Position numbers and translations under genes: made by a program. Shown one piece after another: positions 63,141-64,000 of a stretch of DNA of 64,000 nucleotides. The notes under the pieces are model-generated. The model was not told the DNA's origin. It was given only the letters and a program-made list of their open reading frames with translations, and made no database searches. Origin of the DNA: a virus; the IMG/VR virus record IMGVR_UViG_3300046167_000921, positions 96,001 through 160,000 of that record. One strand, given 5' to 3'. Every line of letters starts with the position of its first letter. Position 1 is the stretch's first letter.

Positions 63141-63165
63141 CGTGACCACTCTTCATATAGATAAT
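63141..63165 (+). promoter_or_regulatory. putative promoter CGTGAC-N13-GATAAT
   Basis: Motif shared with 12960 and 13782; ends 7 nt before the tRNA-like RNA. Confidence 0.6.
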
Positions 63166-63172
63166 AAGAGAT

Positions 63173-63325
63173 GGGCGTATAGCTTAGTTTGACAGGTGAC
63201 TGTGATACAGTTTATCTGAGAGCACTGTTAAGTCGGTACTACCGATTAGGTTAAAGTCTGACCAATACTAGTCAGGGTCAGGTCACTTTCCGCAGGAGGG
63301 TCGGGTTTAAACCCCGATACGCTTT
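63173..63325 (+). ncRNA. 153-nt tRNA-like RNA with expanded D-loop and anticodon arm
   Basis: GGGCGTA/TACGCTT acceptor, GCTT/GAGC D-stem, TCGGG-TTTAAAC-CCCGA T-arm; 26-nt hairpin in the D-loop and ~55-nt structured insert in the anticodon arm. Confidence 0.7.
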
Positions 63326-63332
63326 CTAATAA

Positions 63333-63404
63333 GGTCCCATCGTCTAGGGGTTAGGACATCGGCCTTTCACGCCGAGAACGCGGGTTCAAATCCCGCTGGG
63401 ATCA
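63333..63404 (+). tRNA. trnE: tRNA-Glu (TTC)
   Basis: GGTCCCA/TGGGATC acceptor, TCGGC-CTTTCAC-GCCGA anticodon arm. Confidence 0.95.
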
Positions 63405-63516
63405 CTATGTGTGCCTTCACGCAGGCTTGTTGCAACAGGTAAGTCAAGGTTTAGACCTTGACAGGGGCTGGTGGTTGATACACCTTTCCATTGAAACAAA
63501 GAATTAAGGTGTCTTA

Positions 63517-63589
63517 GGGTCGTTAGCTCAATTGGTAGAGCAGTAGACTTTTAATCTATTGGTTCTGGGTTCGAGTCCCAGACGACCCA
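63517..63589 (+). tRNA. trnK: tRNA-Lys (TTT)
   Basis: GGGTCGT/ACGACCC acceptor, TAGA-CTTTTAA-TCTA anticodon arm. Confidence 0.96.
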
Positions 63590-63594
63590 CTCTT

Positions 63595-63624
63595 AAAGAG
63601 TCTCTTCGGAGGCTCTTTTTTTTT
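63595..63624 (+). terminator. intrinsic terminator after the tRNA cluster
   Basis: AAAGAGTCTC-TTCG-GAGGCTCTTT followed by a T run. Confidence 0.9.
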
Positions 63625-63814
63625 ATTTGTGGGCATCCTCACCTTGAAAGCTCTCGGGCTAAAGGAGCTTCGGGACATCTTTAAGGTCTCTACCGATGAA
63701 GCAAAACAGGCTAACACTTCGAACCTTGAGAAAAGAGGCAAGAGTGCTTCGTAGGATGACCTGAAGTGGTTGGTATTATGGTATGTCTATTTTAAACAAG
63801 AAGGAGTCAACGCC

Positions 63815-63997
63815 ATGAGTGAGAGCATCAACTTATACGCGATCTTGTCTGATAAAGGAGAGGTTATAAAGACCTCGCAAGGGTCTTACTATTTAACGAG
63901 ATCACAAGCTAGATCTGCCCGTAGAGAGGTGTCGAGCAAGGCTCGCATCGTAAAGCGTTCTTATAGTGCAGGGAGTACATGGGAGACCGCAAAATGA
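63815..63997 (+). CDS. small basic hypothetical protein
   Basis: Start reassigned to ATG 63815 behind AAGGAG. Confidence 0.65.
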   Translation: MSESINLYAILSDKGEVIKTSQGSYYLTRSQARSARREVSSKARIVKRSYSAGSTWETAK

Positions 63998-64000
63998 GGA

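Noticed and set aside
1-64000. Stop-codon reassignment (TAG or TGA), as in some huge phages
   Set aside because: Long conserved genes are intact in code 11, and TAG and TGA end genes directly before coupled starts (e.g. dnaN TAG at 26738, then ATG).

Overview
This is a 64-kb internal segment of a large tailed dsDNA bacteriophage (jumbo/huge-phage type, standard code 11). No host-chromosome, integrase, transposase or CRISPR signal is visible. Plus-strand replication and metabolism operons are interleaved with minus-strand virion (late) genes. Replication and repair: PolIII-type clamp-loader subunits (delta-prime, delta), beta clamp, a CHC2 zinc-finger protein, a Cas4/AddB-like nuclease and the C-terminal half of a Rad50/SMC-type ATPase. 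Head and packaging: putative portal, terminase large subunit, putative small subunit and several modular basic proteins. Two giant repeat-built fibre proteins (2528 and 2636 aa) occupy 29.2-44.7 kb. Nucleotide metabolism is unusually rich: NrdA, CodA-like deaminase, canonical PurA (not PurZ), a truncated guaC, PyrD, a PyrF-PyrE fusion, dCMP deaminase and DUF3310. Also present are PIN-PhoH, an amidase endolysin, a degenerate GroEL, a DNA methyltransferase split into three ORFs in permuted order, and five tRNAs. The most unusual signals are: (1) a dispersed family of minus-strand proteins, two with pentapeptide repeats, that share a K/R-x-A(S) / RVASR tag, a candidate capsid-loading and maturation system; one member appears to have displaced most of guaC; (2) a 153-nt tRNA-scaffolded RNA with its own promoter; (3) the split and permuted methyltransferase; (4) a thrice-conserved CGWGAC-N13-GATAAT promoter, one copy driving a microsatellite/26-aa peptide/poly-A unit; (5) strong apparent avoidance of GCGC and CCGG. 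All calls come from motif reading by eye; no database searches were run.
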